Both the position numbers and the translations under genes were made by a program. From a bacterium (GTDB lineage Bacteria > Patescibacteriota > Minisyncoccia > Phycocordibacterales > UBA12088): a stretch of DNA of 64,000 nt. Positions 62,441-64,000 of this stretch are shown in pieces (within the stretch, counting starts at the first letter, position 1; each line of letters starts with the position of its first letter). The stretch covers positions 128,701 through 192,700 of the forward strand of contig QKEV01000003.1 of NCBI GenBank assembly GCA_003252295.1, in the 5' to 3' direction. Below the pieces are notes generated by a model. It was given only the letters and a program-made list of their open reading frames with translations, was not told the origin of the DNA and ran no database searches.

Positions 62441-63697
62441 TTGTATTTGCCTATGAAAAAGTATCTTTCACTCTTAGTTTTTATTTTGGGATCAGTAGTG
62501 ATGCCGTTTTTTATTACGTCTGCACAGGTAGACGCACCCCAAGTAACAAGTGAGATCGATAGTGCTGAAGAGACTGCATCTGTAGAAGAGTATGTATATG
62601 ATGGTCCAGCAATTGATGAGAGTGCACTCAACCTGTTCTTTAGTCCAACATGTCCACACTGCCATAAAGAGCGTGAATTTTTGAAAAAAATGGCAGTAAA
62701 GTATCCTGAGCTTACTATTAACGAGTACGACGTAGCCAATAAGGAAAGTATTGTCATGATATTTGAGCTTGCTCGGAGACATAATATGGATGAAAGCATG
62801 CTTGGGGGCGTACCACTCACGTTCATAGGTGATAAGTACTTCCTTGGTTATGGAACAGATGAGACATCAGGAAAGGCGATCGAAGATGCAATAATCACAT
62901 TTCTTGGTGGTCAGGTTGCAGAACCTGAACGTGAAGGTGAGTCTTTTACACTTCCGTTTCTAGGGAAAATATATGCTCAAGATTTTTCACTTGGAGCACT
63001 GTCTGTACTACTTGGTTTCTTGGATGGTTTCAACATCTGTTCACTCGGCGCTCTCATACTTATTATTGGACTCACGCTTAAGTTGCAAAATAGAAAAGCG
63101 ATTATATTTCTTGGGGGGACGTTTATTGTTACAACAGCTGTTGTATATGGAGCACTTATTGTACTTTGGGCTAAACTGTTTGCAGTACTCGGAGCTTACG
63201 TTGATTACGTAAAAATATTCATTGCACTTTTGGCACTAGGAGGTGGTCTGTACTTCTTGAAGGAGTATTTTCGTATGGTAAAACAGGGTGCAATGTGTGA
63301 GATGCAGGAGTCAAAACTTATTAACTCCATGATGGAACGCACTGGTCGAGCTTTTGAGGACAATACGAAGTTGCTCTCTCTCATAGGAAGTGTATTTTTG
63401 TTTGCGGCAGTCATAGCGATCGTTGAGTTTCCGTGTTCTGCCGCGACCCCGCTTGTGTTTGCAGGAATAGTGAGTCATGCAGGTATTGGCTGGGCACTGC
63501 AGTTTGTCTACATCAGTGTATTCGTACTCTTCTACATGCTTGATGAGATTGTTGTGTTTGCTATAGCGGCGTATCGACTTAAGCTTTGGATGACAAGTGG
63601 GACCTTTACCAAGTATGCAGTGCTCACCGAAGCGGTGGTTCTTATACTTATTGCAGCGGTATATATTTGGCCACTGCTGAGTGCTTATTTTAGTTAG
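62441..63697 (+). CDS. Thioredoxin-fold (CPHC) domain fused to a CcdA/DsbD-like transmembrane thiol-disulfide transporter.
   Basis: Signal peptide. SPTCPHCHKEREFL is a thioredoxin/glutaredoxin-type CxxC. The membrane domain has conserved Cys residues in TM segments (GFNICSLGA and EFPCSAATPL), as in CcdA. Confidence 0.6.
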   Translation: MYLPMKKYLSLLVFILGSVVMPFFITSAQVDAPQVTSEIDSAEETASVEEYVYDGPAIDESALNLFFSPTCPHCHKEREFLKKMAVKYPELTINEYDVANKESIVMIFELARRHNMDESMLGGVPLTFIGDKYFLGYGTDETSGKAIEDAIITFLGGQVAEPEREGESFTLPFLGKIYAQDFSLGALSVLLGFLDGFNICSLGALILIIGLTLKLQNRKAIIFLGGTFIVTTAVVYGALIVLWAKLFAVLGAYVDYVKIFIALLALGGGLYFLKEYFRMVKQGAMCEMQESKLINSMMERTGRAFEDNTKLLSLIGSVFLFAAVIAIVEFPCSAATPLVFAGIVSHAGIGWALQFVYISVFVLFYMLDEIVVFAIAAYRLKLWMTSGTFTKYAVLTEAVVLILIAAVYIWPLLSAYFS

Positions 63698-63960
63698 GAT
63701 TTTCTAGAACTGGAACATTTAGGACAAACACAGCCCTTGGGTTTAATAAACTCATCAAAGTACTCTGTGCCATAGTCATAGGCAAGTTCAGTGCCTGCTG
63801 GTACGTTTTTTATTGCTTTTATATAGATATGCTTACCATTTTGTACTGATTCACAGTTTGGTGCGCAGGAGTGGTTGATGTAGCGTGCGAGATTTTTTCT
63901 CGTACTGCCATCAATAGTCCAACGAGCATTTATTTCAAAAAGGTAACGTGCACCCACCAT
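63694..63960 (-). CDS. Mini SET-domain-like protein of 88 aa (C-terminal SET core plus a Cys-rich post-SET).
   Basis: RYINHSCAPNCE (NHSC motif), GTELAYDYG (ELxxDY motif) and CVCPKCSS. A strong AAGGAGG Shine-Dalgarno (plus-strand cctcctt at 63969-63975) sits 8 nt upstream of the ATG. Confidence 0.6.
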   Translation of the reverse strand: MVGARYLFEINARWTIDGSTRKNLARYINHSCAPNCESVQNGKHIYIKAIKNVPAGTELAYDYGTEYFDEFIKPKGCVCPKCSSSRKS

Positions 63961-64000
63961 AGTCTCTGCCTCCTTGTTTGGAATGATGGTACCTATGTAT

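Noticed and set aside
1-64000. Mobile element or genomic-island boundaries (integrase, transposase, tRNA-flanked island).
   Set aside because: No integrase or transposase-like ORF, no tRNA, and no long terminal inverted repeats apart from the 17-bp IR around the small intergenic element at 56975-57095.

Overview
This 64-kb window looks like a cell-surface / adhesion island from an uncultivated bacterium. It has about 45% GC. A GGAGG-type Shine-Dalgarno is visible before a few genes; many others have a TATAAT-like box 5-8 nt before the start codon, which suggests leaderless mRNAs. There are no rRNA, tRNA, CRISPR or transposase genes. The region is dominated by two giant Thr/Ser/Gly/Asp-rich surface proteins: a 5'-partial ORF of more than 2338 aa and a 5883-aa ORF. 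Around them sit three families that look functionally linked. (i) A cohesin/dockerin-type assembly set: three membrane-anchored cohesin-like proteins, one cohesin+dockerin adaptor, and two dockerin-terminated proteins. (ii) A Csc/WxL-like set: four paralogous signal-peptide, DUF916/DUF3324-like proteins with C-terminal TM anchors, plus four proteins that share a C-terminal WxL-like domain (the two giants, a 392-aa protein and a 626-aa protein). (iii) Lectin-type modules inside the giants: tandem H-type-lectin-like domains, a 7-bladed RSL/AAL/PLL-like propeller, three tandem phage tail-collar (MdpB-like) domains with HxH motifs, and a DUF2341+LamG-like block. Supporting genes include a MacB/FtsX-type ABC exporter, an orphan histidine kinase, an FGE/SUMF1-domain protein, Hsp20, peptidase S51, a thioredoxin-CcdA fusion, a polyprenol-kinase-like membrane protein and a mini SET-domain protein. 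A conserved hairpin-containing intergenic element (CCGTAT-N5-6-ATACGG core) recurs four times, always downstream of large surface-protein genes. The 5883-aa gene contains three roughly 2.3-kb tandem repeats.
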